Notes: a model not told the origin generated them from the letters alone. A stretch of 63,595 nt of DNA, filler included, from Craspedostauros australis (GCA_030167865.1; 6 parts of 6 records of this genome joined end to end with filler, not necessarily neighbours in it); one strand, 5' to 3'; counted from the whole stretch's first letter, positions 1 to 12,300 are shown. Numbers and translations: made by a program.

Positions 1-2324
1 TGCAGATTATGAGTCTTATCGATGTCGTACGAGTCTGTGCAACTGCTTCACTGCTGGATCGTCCTTGATTGGTGCACGTGTTCATATCGTAACGCCAATT
101 CAACAGTTTCACACGTATCACGGATTGGAGGGGCTAAGAAAATAAATTAGCACTGCAATTGACATCGATACTTCTTCTTTTGGCGATACGAATCAAGGCA
201 CCAAGACACCGAATCTGGCCGTAGTGCGCTAGTCGTGTCTAGATAAGCGCGAAATCGATGGGTCCATAAAACTTAAAATAAACCATTAAAGCAAAATCGG
301 CGTCCACTATGATTCTTATATTTTTATCTAGTTTATGAATATGTGGGTGGTTTGGTTGAAATCCCTGTAAGTTGCCACCCCTCCAGGACCGACTGCAGGT
401 CCCGTCACACAACCGGGTCTTACTCGTGAGTTGGGACCCTGCTGCTCTGGTTGCGTTCGCGGTTGTGGACCCAGAAGGTCAGTGATGGATGTTCCTGTGT
501 GATGCCTGTTTCGTACAGAAAGAGGGCGACCTTGCGGTCTTGCGCAGCTGTTCTTGTTCGTTCACTCATGTTGTTGTCCCTGCCTCTGCTTCGACTCTTG
601 ATGTCAGTATCTGCTCGCAGTACCGTCGCGGGGGAGATTCATGGCCTGGCGCCGCTCCGATGCGACCAGGGAATCAATTTGCTGTGCCCGTTCTGTTGCG
701 AACCCACGCCAATTCGTGAGACACCATCGCCTGGATGCCGCATCATCGGCGGGTGCCGAAGAACGCACACACTCAAATGCGTGCGCCCCGCATGTCCAGC
801 AGGGTGCCGATAGTTCTGCCCTCCAACGAACCATGGCTTTGAGACTTATTGGTAAAGGAGATGGATTCCGTTTGACATTCGTTGGCACTTCACAATTCGT
901 GTTCTGTCTCATTGTCCCTGTTCCCATGGGTTTTGCGTCGGCGTTGGTATGGATTCTGTCGGCGTTGTGGATGCTCTTTTTTGTCATCGTTCGCTCAAGC
1001 TTGATGTTGAGGTTCAAACTGAGATGAGGCAACAGGGAGATCCAACAGGCGTCTGTACCTCGAGGGACGAAAGTAAATTGGCTGAGAACAACGGGAATGA
1101 GGAGAAGGTCAAGGCATCCCGCAGATGTCCGCAAGTGCCAACATCACCTCGGATCAATCCCATGAGGCGACAACCACATAGCGTTTCTCTCGCCTTTCGC
1201 GAATGGATGGTCTCACATCATTCGTCGTCATCGTCGTCATCGTTGTCATCATAACGTACATAAGCAATATAATAGAGAGCCATGGTTGTTGCAGTCTCCG
1301 TCTTCGCTTCGTGCCTTGTGTGGATGTTGCATGACACTGTGATTGGCAATCGTGCGTGCTGTTTTGCAACGTTCGATCACCTCCTCGCACAACGCGTGCA
1401 AGAGGCGCCAAGCGGGACAGAGTACTGGCACGGCGAAGTGGAAGCGTTCGTTGTTGCAGCGCGTTGTTGTGCGATGTTGTTGTGATCAACTTGTCACAAT
1501 GACACAAAGGGGTCTTCTGTGCGAATCACGAATCGAGCCTTGTGAATGATGTCTGTTGGACTATCCTCAGCATGACACCTCACACTAGAAAACAATAGTG
1601 TTTTCAATACACCCGACATAGCGCTAGGGATACGTCATTCGGCCAGTCCGGCAATCCAAGAAACTTCGAATCTTGGGTACAATTCAAGCAGGAACGGAGT
1701 GGTCACATTTTAGCGCTGGTCGCCAAGTTTGCGTTTGAATCCATCACCGCTTTTGTTGCTTGTCGTTAGTCTTGTAGCCGCAAACAACTGCCAAGGAGAC
1801 AAGGGCAAGGCTGAGAGAGACAGGTTACCACGCTGCGTGAGGTAGAGAGGAACACGCAAGACATGCACGCACCCTGGTCTTGGTCAAGACGAGGAGAGGT
1901 GCATTTCAGCATTGCATGACAATCGCAATTGCCAATACAAACAAAGACAACGAGGTGTCACGGCACGGTCACAATTAACCAGAAGCACCACCGCAAACGG
2001 AAGAGATCACGTCCACCAGGCATCAACTGGCACATACTTGCGCATACTCTGTAGCAATACTCGCACCATACATACACTTACGCTTACCTGGTCATAAACA
2101 ACACTCCGAAGAGATAGCAGCAAGGCGCGCATCGTCAGCCACTCTGTCATACCCCAACCCATCCACAATTGCCACTCCTGTGCTACTCCTACTCCACACG
2201 GCAATAACACAACCGCGGTCATACCAAACCGCCATCCCATCGCATCGCTTTACACACAAGTACGGACATCAGCCGTGTCGCATCGTAACACAGCCCCAAG
2301 ACCAGAACACAGCTCGGAGTCAAC

Positions 2325-4403
2325 ATGGAGCAGCACCAGCAGCCAGACGAGCAGAGAGATCAGCAGATAGGTCAGCAACAGCAGAATCAAGAAGAGATGG
2401 AGGAGCAAGGGCGACGCCAACCACAGCACCTGGAAGGACAGTACGAGAGACAGACAAGTGAAGGCTCACAAGTTGGCCTGTTTCAATACCTCAAATTCTC
2501 GTCTTCCAATGATAGCGACAACCATAATCGAATCAGCAGCCGCAACAATAACAACAAGGAAGGAAGCCACGTCTTGGGCAACAGGGTGGAAGTAGCGATG
2601 AAGATCGCGGCACCAAGCGACGCGTCGGTGGTATCCATTGGATCTGCCGCGACTTGGTCGTCTGCGATGCAATCACCTGCTCCGGACATGCAGCAAGCAC
2701 GAAGCATGAACGTTCGAACATCAGGCAAAGAGAAACGAGATCTTGCGGCGTCGCTGTCGAAGCTCCTGTCGACCGCAACTGCTTCGACCGAACCATCGTG
2801 CGATTCTTCGCTTCTGTCGTTTCAAACGCCGGTGTCGACATTGTCTGCACTTTCCGTTCATTCACCATCTTCGCGGCCAGTCTCGCCATTTGATGAACCG
2901 GCCTTGTCTTCCAACAGCACGCGCGTTTCGGATATGGAGATGGAGATGGAGGCGCAGCAGTCTCGTGATCGCAAGCGCGGCCAGGGTCGCCGACGTGGTC
3001 AATCACGTGAACGCCCACGCGGGCACAGGCGCAGCCAAGGCAAGAAGCAAAAGCGCAGCAGCGATGATAGATCAAGCAAGAGGTCGAAAGAGGCAGCGAT
3101 GTCCAACGATGTGATGTCCGTTCCCAGGAAGCGCACCGTGCACTTCCCCGAAGACATCGTTCAGGTGCGGTACATCCCGAACCTGAAGGATATCTCTGCG
3201 GAAGAGAAGGCGGATGTGTGGCTCACTGCTTCGGACCACGAGCAGATTCGACGTGATATCGTCGCTGTGCTCGAGGACATCATGGCAAGTCGCAACAACA
3301 GTGGCGCAAGCAGCAGCAACTCTGGTAACAGCCATCGATCCAAGAGCACCAGAAATCAGCCGTGGAACAACTACACTCAGAACAACGCCAACATCGGCCG
3401 TTCCCATCAGCAGTCGTCGAAGTCGACGTCCTCGTCCATCCCACCCTCGGCAGCCTTCAAGACATGCCATCGCGACATGCTGCGTGGCCTGGAGGCTCAG
3501 ATTCCAGAGCTGTGCTACGGGCATCGCGCGCTGATCGCCGAGGCGCAGGAGGCGGTGCTGGAGGAACAGATGATCCAGAGGGGATGTCACTACTGCGACG
3601 ACCAAGCCATCGCGACGGTGTACAGCACCTTCAGCCGTTCGGCCCAGGATGTCGCCCAGCTCATTGCCGTGCGTGATGCAATGGCCTGCCGTGAGACGTT
3701 CACCAAGCCCACCACCCGACGAACTCGCACACAGTCGCGCGCCCGCGGACGGATCAGCGGAAGACGAACGCGCGACAGCTCGGTGCCATCGTCAGCATCA
3801 CTGTCATCGTCGGCATCGTCGGTCGGTTCCTCCACCACCGATGCGAGCAGCACGTACAAGAGGCATCGCCACCAGCACCATCATCATCGCAATCATCATC
3901 ACCACCGTGTCATCAAGACCAACGGTGCGAACTGCATCGACAGAGTGCAGCATTCCCGAAGGTCAAAGAATGCAGGTGCGCATGTCAGCAGTAGCGCCAA
4001 CAGCAGCAGCAGCAGCAGCAGCAGCCGGGCAGCTTCTCTCCGTTCTCCCATCGCCGCTGATGCTGCTGCGGAAGCAAGCAAGCGCAAACACCAACGCCGT
4101 CAGCGCTCACAGCAGCCATCACGATCCCAGGCATCCGCCAGAACAACAGCGACAACGTCGCTCTCACCGACACGCAAACCAGCTGCGGCTGCTTCTGCGT
4201 TGGACGCGGTGGTGAGCAGACATGTCAGCCTGTCACCAACACCCACCAAGAGACGGCACAAGACTCACAGACACCGCGCACGGCAGCAGCGGTTCATCTC
4301 GTCCTCCTTGGCAACACCGGAGAAGTCGTCGTCGTCGTCAGCGGCGAGCAACAGCAGCTCATCATCGTTGACATCCATGTCATTGGATCGTGCGATGAAC
4401 TAA
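2325..4403 (+). CDS. Diatom-type uncharacterised protein with RVxF motif (KRTVHF...RGLE...AVLEEQ family), 692 aa, low-complexity flanks
   Basis: Long ATG-initiated ORF. Central block KRTVHFPEDIVQVRYIP-ADVWLT-MLRGLEAQ-AVLEEQMIQ-DQAIATVYSTFSRSAQDVA-RDA resembles a family I recognise as expanded in diatoms. Ser/Gln/His-rich flanks. Confidence 0.8.
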   Translation: MEQHQQPDEQRDQQIGQQQQNQEEMEEQGRRQPQHLEGQYERQTSEGSQVGLFQYLKFSSSNDSDNHNRISSRNNNNKEGSHVLGNRVEVAMKIAAPSDASVVSIGSAATWSSAMQSPAPDMQQARSMNVRTSGKEKRDLAASLSKLLSTATASTEPSCDSSLLSFQTPVSTLSALSVHSPSSRPVSPFDEPALSSNSTRVSDMEMEMEAQQSRDRKRGQGRRRGQSRERPRGHRRSQGKKQKRSSDDRSSKRSKEAAMSNDVMSVPRKRTVHFPEDIVQVRYIPNLKDISAEEKADVWLTASDHEQIRRDIVAVLEDIMASRNNSGASSSNSGNSHRSKSTRNQPWNNYTQNNANIGRSHQQSSKSTSSSIPPSAAFKTCHRDMLRGLEAQIPELCYGHRALIAEAQEAVLEEQMIQRGCHYCDDQAIATVYSTFSRSAQDVAQLIAVRDAMACRETFTKPTTRRTRTQSRARGRISGRRTRDSSVPSSASLSSSASSVGSSTTDASSTYKRHRHQHHHHRNHHHHRVIKTNGANCIDRVQHSRRSKNAGAHVSSSANSSSSSSSSRAASLRSPIAADAAAEASKRKHQRRQRSQQPSRSQASARTTATTSLSPTRKPAAAASALDAVVSRHVSLSPTPTKRRHKTHRHRARQQRFISSSLATPEKSSSSSAASNSSSSSLTSMSLDRAMN

Positions 4404-7400
4404 TCAGCCAGTCAGTCAACCGAACGAATCAACCAACCAACCAACCAACTATGCAGTCAACGAACCAACACACAACCTTTCACCAAGCAAATATGTCCAG
4501 CTTCGACATATACTAGCTACCACTACTACTGCGACTACACAACAACGCAGCCTACCAAGGAAGCAAAACAGCAGACCAATGCTGCACCATATCCTCACAA
4601 CGTGAGAAGGCACCGCTGATCTTGATGTCGGTGCGGCACTGCGGAGGGTCCAGTGTTCGTACGAGTATGGTACAGGCACCGAGAAGAGTCCCGTCCTTGT
4701 GTGCAACACGCATGATACAAGTACGGGGATATACTCGAAGTGGTACTATGCCATGCATACGAACACTTTTCCCTCATACAAGCAGGAGACTACGAATATC
4801 TTCGTCGAGAGATAAAGAGACAAGAGAGAGCATGGGGCGAGTACACATTTTGCGTCAGCCACGTTCAAGACTGGAACAGGGCGCTGAAGAGCAACACATG
4901 TACAATGCATGTTACTCTCTCTCTCTCTCTCTCTTAATACATTACATTATAATATTACACCACACGACATTGCATTCAATAGTTGTACTTCCACGTACAT
5001 AATTTTATATAATGCACACTACGCAGTACGCAACACACAATAGTGCACAATGCACAATACAGCTCTGCCATACGTGCTCAATTTGATTCGCATGACCAAG
5101 AGCCGCCGCCATCTGTCGTTTCGCTTCGTCGCATCATGATGTTGATTTGGTTGATGCAGGAGCCTCTTGGTGAGAAAAAGGTATCTCGTGTGGCCAAGAG
5201 GGTTCAAGTGGAGGAGAAAGGAGAACCATCGAACCCGCTCCTCGGATGGCTGCCACATCGCTTGGCTGAGCACAAGAGAGACCAGCTGATCGGTGCCACC
5301 AAGTGCGCAGGTATCATGAGGAAGTCATCAAACCCACGGAGCAAATGCAACAAAGATACCTCTTTTCAAGATCCGAAACAGCTGACCAAAGGCTGTTGCC
5401 CGCTGGTTTCCAGTCCACTCCGAACAATCTGCCAATCATGATCCAAGCAACCTTCCTCGCTTCAACGACACCGTTGCCAATTTCTCAAAAAATTGTGAGC
5501 GATGTTGTGTGCGACACGAACATCGCTGATCCAACGGATGACGCATAACCGTCTTCGACGTTATGTGCACAGTATTTCCCCGTTATCGTCGCCAAGGATG
5601 TCATCACACATGTTGTGAGAAAAGGCGAACACAACGAGAAAGCTTGTCGCGGTGCGCCAAAAGGGGGTCGCGAAATCGCTGAATCGTGTTAGCGATTGTG
5701 TTGTTTGCTGTCGTCCCCCTTCTTCACGGATTGGACCACCTGGTGACGTCATGTGCCAACAAAGAACTAGACGGACCTCGTGAGTCGAATCAGACCTCGT
5801 GGTATCCAAGAGAAATGATTGGTTCGTTGTGGATGTCGCAATTTTCGTCAAGCGACATTTGATGCGACTCCAATAAGTCTCACCCGTGTCGCTGTTTGAT
5901 GCTCACATTTTGGCCACTGCAAAAAGTTGAGGACAGAAATGAGAAGCGTCGTGAACGAATCATGAGTTGGCTGTTTGTTTGTGGTGTTTGGTGTGTCGCA
6001 TTTTGTGTTGTGTCGTGTTGGTGTGCGAGTGTTGGTGCTTGCAGCCTCATCGTTGCCGTTTGTCGTCGTTTGGTGATGTCTGTGTTGCGATTTGTGTGGG
6101 CAATTTATCGTCGTTGACATTGGTCGTTGTCTGTTTACAAAATGCAGCGATGGCGCAACCTCGTCACGAACGTTCTCACTGGTCGTTGTGTTGGCAACTG
6201 CGCGACAACGAGCATGTGTTTCAGTTGCCATAACCAAAGTCCGGCATTGTTCGTCCTGTCCGAGTACTCACTCTGCTCGCCTTCCGCGGATGCGCTGGAC
6301 AGACACAATGAACAGCTTTTCGCCAAAGACGAGAACTGGTCACAGACTACAGAACAGAAGCATAGAATGGATGGATGGTAGTCGCAGAGACTCAAGGAAT
6401 GTCAGCAAATGGAGGAGATGCCGATCTATCAGGTCAACAGTGTTGTGATGCAATCAGAATGGACCAAGTGCTGCTCTGCCTTGCTGTTGTCACTATTCTC
6501 CATGTGTTGGTATGAGCACGGGAGATCATCACACTCGCATACCGCGCCGCGGTGAAGCTGAGTGCGCCTCACACTCTTCCGTACTTGGACCAAACTTGAG
6601 CTGAACTCGTGCGCATGATCCGTGTGGCGCGTATGTGTATGTAACAAAGTGGATCTTTCCACATGCTGATGGCCACAAAGGTAGCCGTTGATCTCGACGA
6701 CAGAGCCGTTGATCTGGCGGACACCTTCAGTGCTCATCTCACCGTATCCAGGCCCGCCACAGCATCGGCCACCATGACTACTGGTCCTCTCAGTTTTCCT
6801 CTGCGAATACAAGTACAGGAACAGTGTTGATGGAGACGCACAATCTCGGCCATCGAACATGAAGGCAGTTCAGTGTCGGCATTGCTGCCGCTGCTGCTAC
6901 TGTTGTCTTTGATGTCATTGTTGTTGTTGCTCCTTGTGATGCAATCGCCCCATGGTTGACAACACACGATCCAAGGCCTACGAGTCGGCAGAGGCATACT
7001 ATGCGAGTGGAGACATGAATCTCGATCCGTGTTGTATTCATTCTTCTCTCCTTCAACCATGCGCACTTCAACAACGTTCGGGCACGTTCCGCGCGAGGAG
7101 GAAGATCGTTGCGGATAGGCCAATGTTGTTGGAGGAGGAAAAGGCGCGTTGGTGTCACGGGATTTGCGTCTTTCCACACTCTCCTTGGCATGTGTGGGAT
7201 TGGGAGAAATGAATGAGGCAGTTGCACCCTTCTTTTCGCCCTTGGTAGAAACTAATTGCGCGGACAAGTGAGTGAGTGAGTGAGCGAGTGCGAGAAGTTG
7301 TGCTGGCAGATTACGTGTATGGAGCTCGCAGATCAGACACGGTCCAAGGCAATCGTATTTGTATGCACCAAACGATGCCATCGTTGAAGGCGGTAGGGAA

Positions 7401-7445
7401 TGTACGCGTGCTTGGCAATTCGAGGTTTTCGACGTAAACGACGAA

Positions 7446-7796
7446 TGACGTTGGGCGACGTGGGACTTTTGTGCGACAAATGTGCGACATATGTGCGACT
7501 TTTGTTCTTATGTGACGCGTACGTCACGGTTCCATGTTCCGTGTGTTCCATAACAGATGGAGGAATGATCAGTTTGACGCACCTGGAAAATGCTGACGTG
7601 TGTCTTGTTCCTTGCACTGACGTGGCCTCTGGCTGGCGTCACTTTCACCCATTTGCACAAAGACACGGCCCCCACACGGCTGCCCCCAAACCAATCGAAA
7701 AGATGAGGAGATCCATGTGACGTCCTCATCTCGATCTGTGTCTGTACCGCGCGGTACTGCGGCGTCGTAGATCGCAGAGTACCGCATCGCACGTCA
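7446..7796. promoter_or_regulatory. Cluster of six TGACGT/ACGTCA (bZIP/aureochrome-type) motifs plus a CCAAT box upstream of the 8181 gene
   Basis: TGACGT at 7446, 7594, 7618, 7718; ACGTCA at 7521, 7791; CCAAT at 7691; perfect palindrome GTACCGCGCGGTAC at 7744-7757. Confidence 0.55.
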
Positions 7797-8180
7797 TGTC
7801 CTACTCAAATGCACCCTGCTGTACCATCCTGTACAAAGTGGTACTGGGGCACATCCTTGTCGCCCAAATTGAAGTGGGAAAAACGCGACAAGACGCGAAA
7901 AGACACGAAGGAGGAAAGTCATGAACCAGGACAAGGCCATCATCATTCTCGTTTGGGTGAGTGTTTGTGTGCGTCTTTCCGCGTTGATGTCGGCGACGGA
8001 CGGGAAACACGGTCGCGAGTTCACTCTCCTCCATCAACCACTCATCATACGATCATAAAAACAATTGAAGTTGCACTCCCAACCTCACAAAACCAAAAGA
8101 GCAGCAGTTGACACCCAAGTCCTCCTCCTCATCACCACCACCCACAACAAAACAACAACAACACTCATATCAACATCAAG

Positions 8181-9167
8181 ATGAAGTTCACCAGCCAGAT
8201 CCTCGCCTTCTGCGTCGTGCAGTCCGCCATCCTCGGAGGCAACGCGTACGTCGTCCAGAACAACAACAAGCAGCCAAGCAGCAACGGACAGCTGAACTCC
8301 CAGGCCTCCAGCTACACCGAGCGCTCCACTTTCTCCACCGGAACCGTCTCGGCCAAGGACGACTTCATTGACAAGAAGAACACCTACAACCCAGCCCTCG
8401 CTGCCGACACCAACAACGCCGGTGACATGCAGCTCGTGAAGAGCGTCTGGGAGACCGTCAAGCCAGTGACCGTCCAGGGTGGATCCCTCCGCACCTGCGT
8501 GCCACCGGCCTCCGCCGGCCTCGTCCAGGTCCTCCTCAAGACCGACGGACGCCCGCTCAACGCCAACGTCGAGCTGTGGCAGGGACCAGACAACACCCCG
8601 CAGAAGATGGCCGTCTACATCGAGGACGGCGAGCTCCGCCCATTCAACTGCGCCATCGCCACCCCACGCTCCAACAACGCCATCGCCATCCGCAACACCG
8701 GACACCTCGAGTTCCCAATGGCCGCCTGCGTCGAGCCCGATGTCGGCAACGCCGTCGGCTCCGTCACCAAGAAGCTGGCCGCCCTCTCCATCCCAAAGAC
8801 CATCCAGGGAGGAGCCATCCAGACCTACCCATTCTCCCCTGCCGTCTCCAGCGTGCAGGTCATGCTCAAGACCGACGGACGTCCACTCAACGCCCGCATC
8901 GAGCTCCTCCAGGGACCAAACAACAACAAGCAGGTCATGGAGGTCTACACCGAGGACGGCCTTGAGCGCCCATTCTTCGCCGTCATCGAGACCCCAGGAG
9001 TCGGCAACGTCGTCCGCGTCGTCAACACAGGAACCGTCGAGTTCCCGCTCTCCGTCAACGTCGAGCCATTCCTCATCGACCCAGATGCCAATGAGCACGA
9101 GAGCGTCTGGGACAACGACACCAGCTGGGACAACGGCGGCGGAAGCTTCTTCTTCGGAAGCCACTAA
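8181..9167 (+). CDS. Conserved algal (diatom-type) protein of unknown function with signal peptide and internally duplicated domain, 328 aa
   Basis: Hydrophobic N-terminus MKFTSQILAFCVVQSAILGGNAY. Two homologous halves: VQVLLKTDGRPLNANVELWQGPDN and VQVMLKTDGRPLNARIELLQGPNN. Very strong C-ending codon bias. Confidence 0.92.
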   Translation: MKFTSQILAFCVVQSAILGGNAYVVQNNNKQPSSNGQLNSQASSYTERSTFSTGTVSAKDDFIDKKNTYNPALAADTNNAGDMQLVKSVWETVKPVTVQGGSLRTCVPPASAGLVQVLLKTDGRPLNANVELWQGPDNTPQKMAVYIEDGELRPFNCAIATPRSNNAIAIRNTGHLEFPMAACVEPDVGNAVGSVTKKLAALSIPKTIQGGAIQTYPFSPAVSSVQVMLKTDGRPLNARIELLQGPNNNKQVMEVYTEDGLERPFFAVIETPGVGNVVRVVNTGTVEFPLSVNVEPFLIDPDANEHESVWDNDTSWDNGGGSFFFGSH

Positions 9168-9176
9168 GTTTCCAAG

Positions 9177-9307
9177 CCATCACCTAGCGTGATCACCGGT
9201 TCGTGTGCCTGGTGCGGCGACGGTCACCTTCAACGGTGGCCCGAGCAGCTCCGGCATGCGGCTTCGAGACCCTACGGGAAGGCTCTGTCCTTCCATCACA
9301 GGTAAGC
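9177..9307 (+). other. Putative structured 3'UTR element with kink-turn consensus, followed by splice donor CAG|GTAAGC
   Basis: Stems 9202-9209/9253-9260, 9213-9215/9245-9247, 9222-9228/9235-9241 and 9277-9282/9289-9294. 3-nt bulge (9216-9218) with tandem GA (9219-9220/9243-9244). GT donor at 9302. Confidence 0.35.
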
Positions 9308-12300
9308 AAGGTACAAACAAGGTACGAGAAGGAACGAACGACGATAGGAACGAGACAACTGGAGGTAGGTGAGCAGGCGACGGGGTGAGTTGGCAGGGTG
9401 AGTCGGTGGGTGGATTCCCACGTCTCTCTGTCTCTCTCTCCCTGTTCCGCCTCTCTCCGATCATCAAGACTTTACACCCATCAATCAATCAATCACATGA
9501 ATCAATTACATCAATGCAGACATCCGGTGGCAATCCTGTGCCACCAGCCATCTGCTCTCCCCTCTGCCTCTCAACGACAGCACATCGAAGACGATTGCGA
9601 CACGAACCAACCAACGAACGGACTGAACTGGCGGTGCAACATGCGTGTCCACCACCACAACAGCCAAGTCAAGCAAAATCAAGCAACCAACAACAACGCA
9701 ACGAGTAACAAACAACAACAGGAATCAACAACGGCAGCAACAACGGCCAACCAAAAAAGAAACGAAGAAAAAGAGAAAAAGTAACCAGAAATAACAATTA
9801 TATGGGGGAGTTTGAGTCAACAACACAACAACCATAACAGCATCGACCTACCCGCGTTGCGCACAACATGCCATGCCAGTACGAACAACAATGACAGCGG
9901 CAATGACGGCAGCGACGGCGAAGGCAATCACGACAACGACCAACACGATGACACTTTTCATGTATGTGTGAGCTAAAGCAACAGCAAACAACTAACGAGC
10001 AATGACGAAGAGCAACATGCAAGTAATTAATTACAAATACTCGTAACCAACACAGTGTAAAGTCAATGCATTACTCCAACACAATTGAATCAACTCTTCA
10101 TGATCGTCAATCGGAGCAGGACGATGGGCAACCTCTCTGTTGGACACGAGTGCATCCATCGATCCATCGATCCGCAGCTCCATCCACCCTCCGAGCACCC
10201 TGCTCTCTGCATGTTGAAGCCATCATGCAACACATCATGGTTGACACCATGTCTTTGTTGTGCATCTTCTGTGTGTTCTTTCATCTGTTTACCATCAAGC
10301 AGACGATTCGTTACCAGGTCGACCATCCATCTTCCACATCATCTTGGTTTCCCTCCTTTCTGAAGTCCAGGATCCGCTTGTTCTTCGCATGGCGAAGCGG
10401 TACTCTCATGTTAGAGCAGAGTACAACAGGAGCGACCACTGTCAAGAGAGCCGACGAACATCTCCATGGCGCCAACTTCATCAACAACAGACACACGGCA
10501 ATCGACGAAAACAGACACGCCATGGTGACGACCTCAAGGGCATCCATCGATTGGAGCATTCCCTTGGTGAGGTCTTCACACACCAACCAATCAACCAACC
10601 AAATCAAATCAAAAACAAGAAGACCGAAACCAAACAACGACAACAACATGTCCTCATCATACACGAAAACACAAACACACGCACGTGAATTGACACAAAA
10701 CGAAAACATGAAGCGAGAGAGAGAAGCCCAACAACAATCGCAACGAGGATGACAGAGGCGACGACAAAAAGCATGAATGAGTGTCAACGAACGGCCAATG
10801 AACATGAAAAGGAAATGTTCGGTCGCACAAGTTGAAGTTTGTTTTGGGGGTAGGGTTACGTCACAGCGATTGGACGTACGTCTGACGATCCCTTGTCCCA
10901 TGCGACCTTCCACGGACGATTTGTTTAGTGATTCGCCGAATGACGCACATGGGACGTGTCCGACCGCCCATCCGGATTGACACCTCCCGGTTGCTGAAAT
11001 CCATTCGATGGCCATGACGTCACCTTCTCGCAAGGTGTGTCGTCATTCGTTGTGATTGGTGGTGATACTGTCCGCCATGATGTTGTTCGGCGAAATCATC
11101 TTGTGTTCGATAAAGTCTGTTGTGTCAAGATATCCGTTTGCACCAAACCGTCGTGGCTGTCAGTTTGAACGTATCGACAGACATGGTCACGACTGACAAA
11201 TGCGCTTCACTCACGATAAGAAAGTATCATTCACGAACAAGATAAACGGGATTGTAGCAAAAACTACCTTCGCTTGTAGCTCGTTGCGCGCAGGTCGTGC
11301 ATGATAGATGAATGCAGACTGAATTTGTGCGGGAGACGCAAGAACGGGGAATGTGACAAACCAACTCGTTAAGTAGGAATATCACCGTCATTTGTACTGA
11401 TGACCATGACAGAGGGAACGAGGACGGAGGGAGAAGTCGGGGAACTTTTCGTCTCTCCTCGGCACCAAGCACGGAACGACGGTGTGTCCACGTCGTCACG
11501 ACAAAAGGTGCGTTCCGCGTAGCTGCCGAGAATCGCGTTGGGCAGTCATCGCGGTGGTGAAAAAACAAGCGTGGTTGGTCGTTGGGAGCCCTTGCGGTGT
11601 TTCGCCGCGTTTCTGCACGTCCCGTATGTTGTCGTGTTGTGTCTTTGCGTGTGGAGACCGTGTGAAGCCTGTCGTGAAGTCCGTAGCAAGGCGCAATTCT
11701 TCCCAACAAATGGTGGCATGTCGTGTGGCAGGTCACAGCACACCAAGAAGAGCGAAAAGAAGAAAACAGAGAGAGCGGAAAGGAGAGAGGTGGAAGTCCC
11801 CTTGTGTGACAAAGAGCTCATGCATGAGCGGAGAGACAAAGGCAAAGCATCAAAGAAGCACCAACAGAGAAGCACCAACGAAGAAGCAACAAGAACAAAG
11901 ACAAAGCAAGAGACAAGAGACAAGAGTGAGGCAAGAAAGAGGCAGAGATCCATCCCATCCCATCCCACTCCATCCGATCTGCCGATTGATCGTTCTCCAA
12001 TCCAATCCTGATCTGCCACAACTGCAACTGCAACTGCAAACACTATCACTATCACTATCACCGCCAGAACAAGTTCATTCATTCATACGACCACCATACG
12101 GACATACCAACGTATTGATCGTATAGCATATCGTATAGCAGATAGATAGATAGAGAGAGCCACAGAGAGAAGCATTTGCGTTGAGGAGAGCAAGAAGACA
12201 GCAGCGGGGGAAGCCGTGAGCGGCAAGCCACGAGCCTGAGTCGGAGAGAGTCCGACGGCTTTGCCAGTCTGCGTTCCACCACAGTTGGCATTGTGCAACA

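Noticed and set aside
1..1254. AT-rich patch (about 270-350) and several 100-176 aa ORFs at the window start
   Set aside because: Might be a decayed element or gene end, but I found no recognisable motif, terminal repeat or consistent frame.
4449..7400. Many short overlapping ORFs between the first two genes
   Set aside because: No codon bias or family motif, and microsatellite-like composition; treated as intergenic.
8085..9164. 359-aa antisense ORF and 237-aa frame-shifted ORF over the 8181 gene
   Set aside because: Shadow ORFs expected from extreme C-ending codon bias; no recognisable protein features.
9177..9307. TPP riboswitch, SECIS or U4 snRNA as the identity of the 3'UTR structure
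   Set aside because: No CUGAGA/ACCUG TPP core. The gene has no in-frame TGA and the upper stem is too short for SECIS. No U4 sequence or Sm site.
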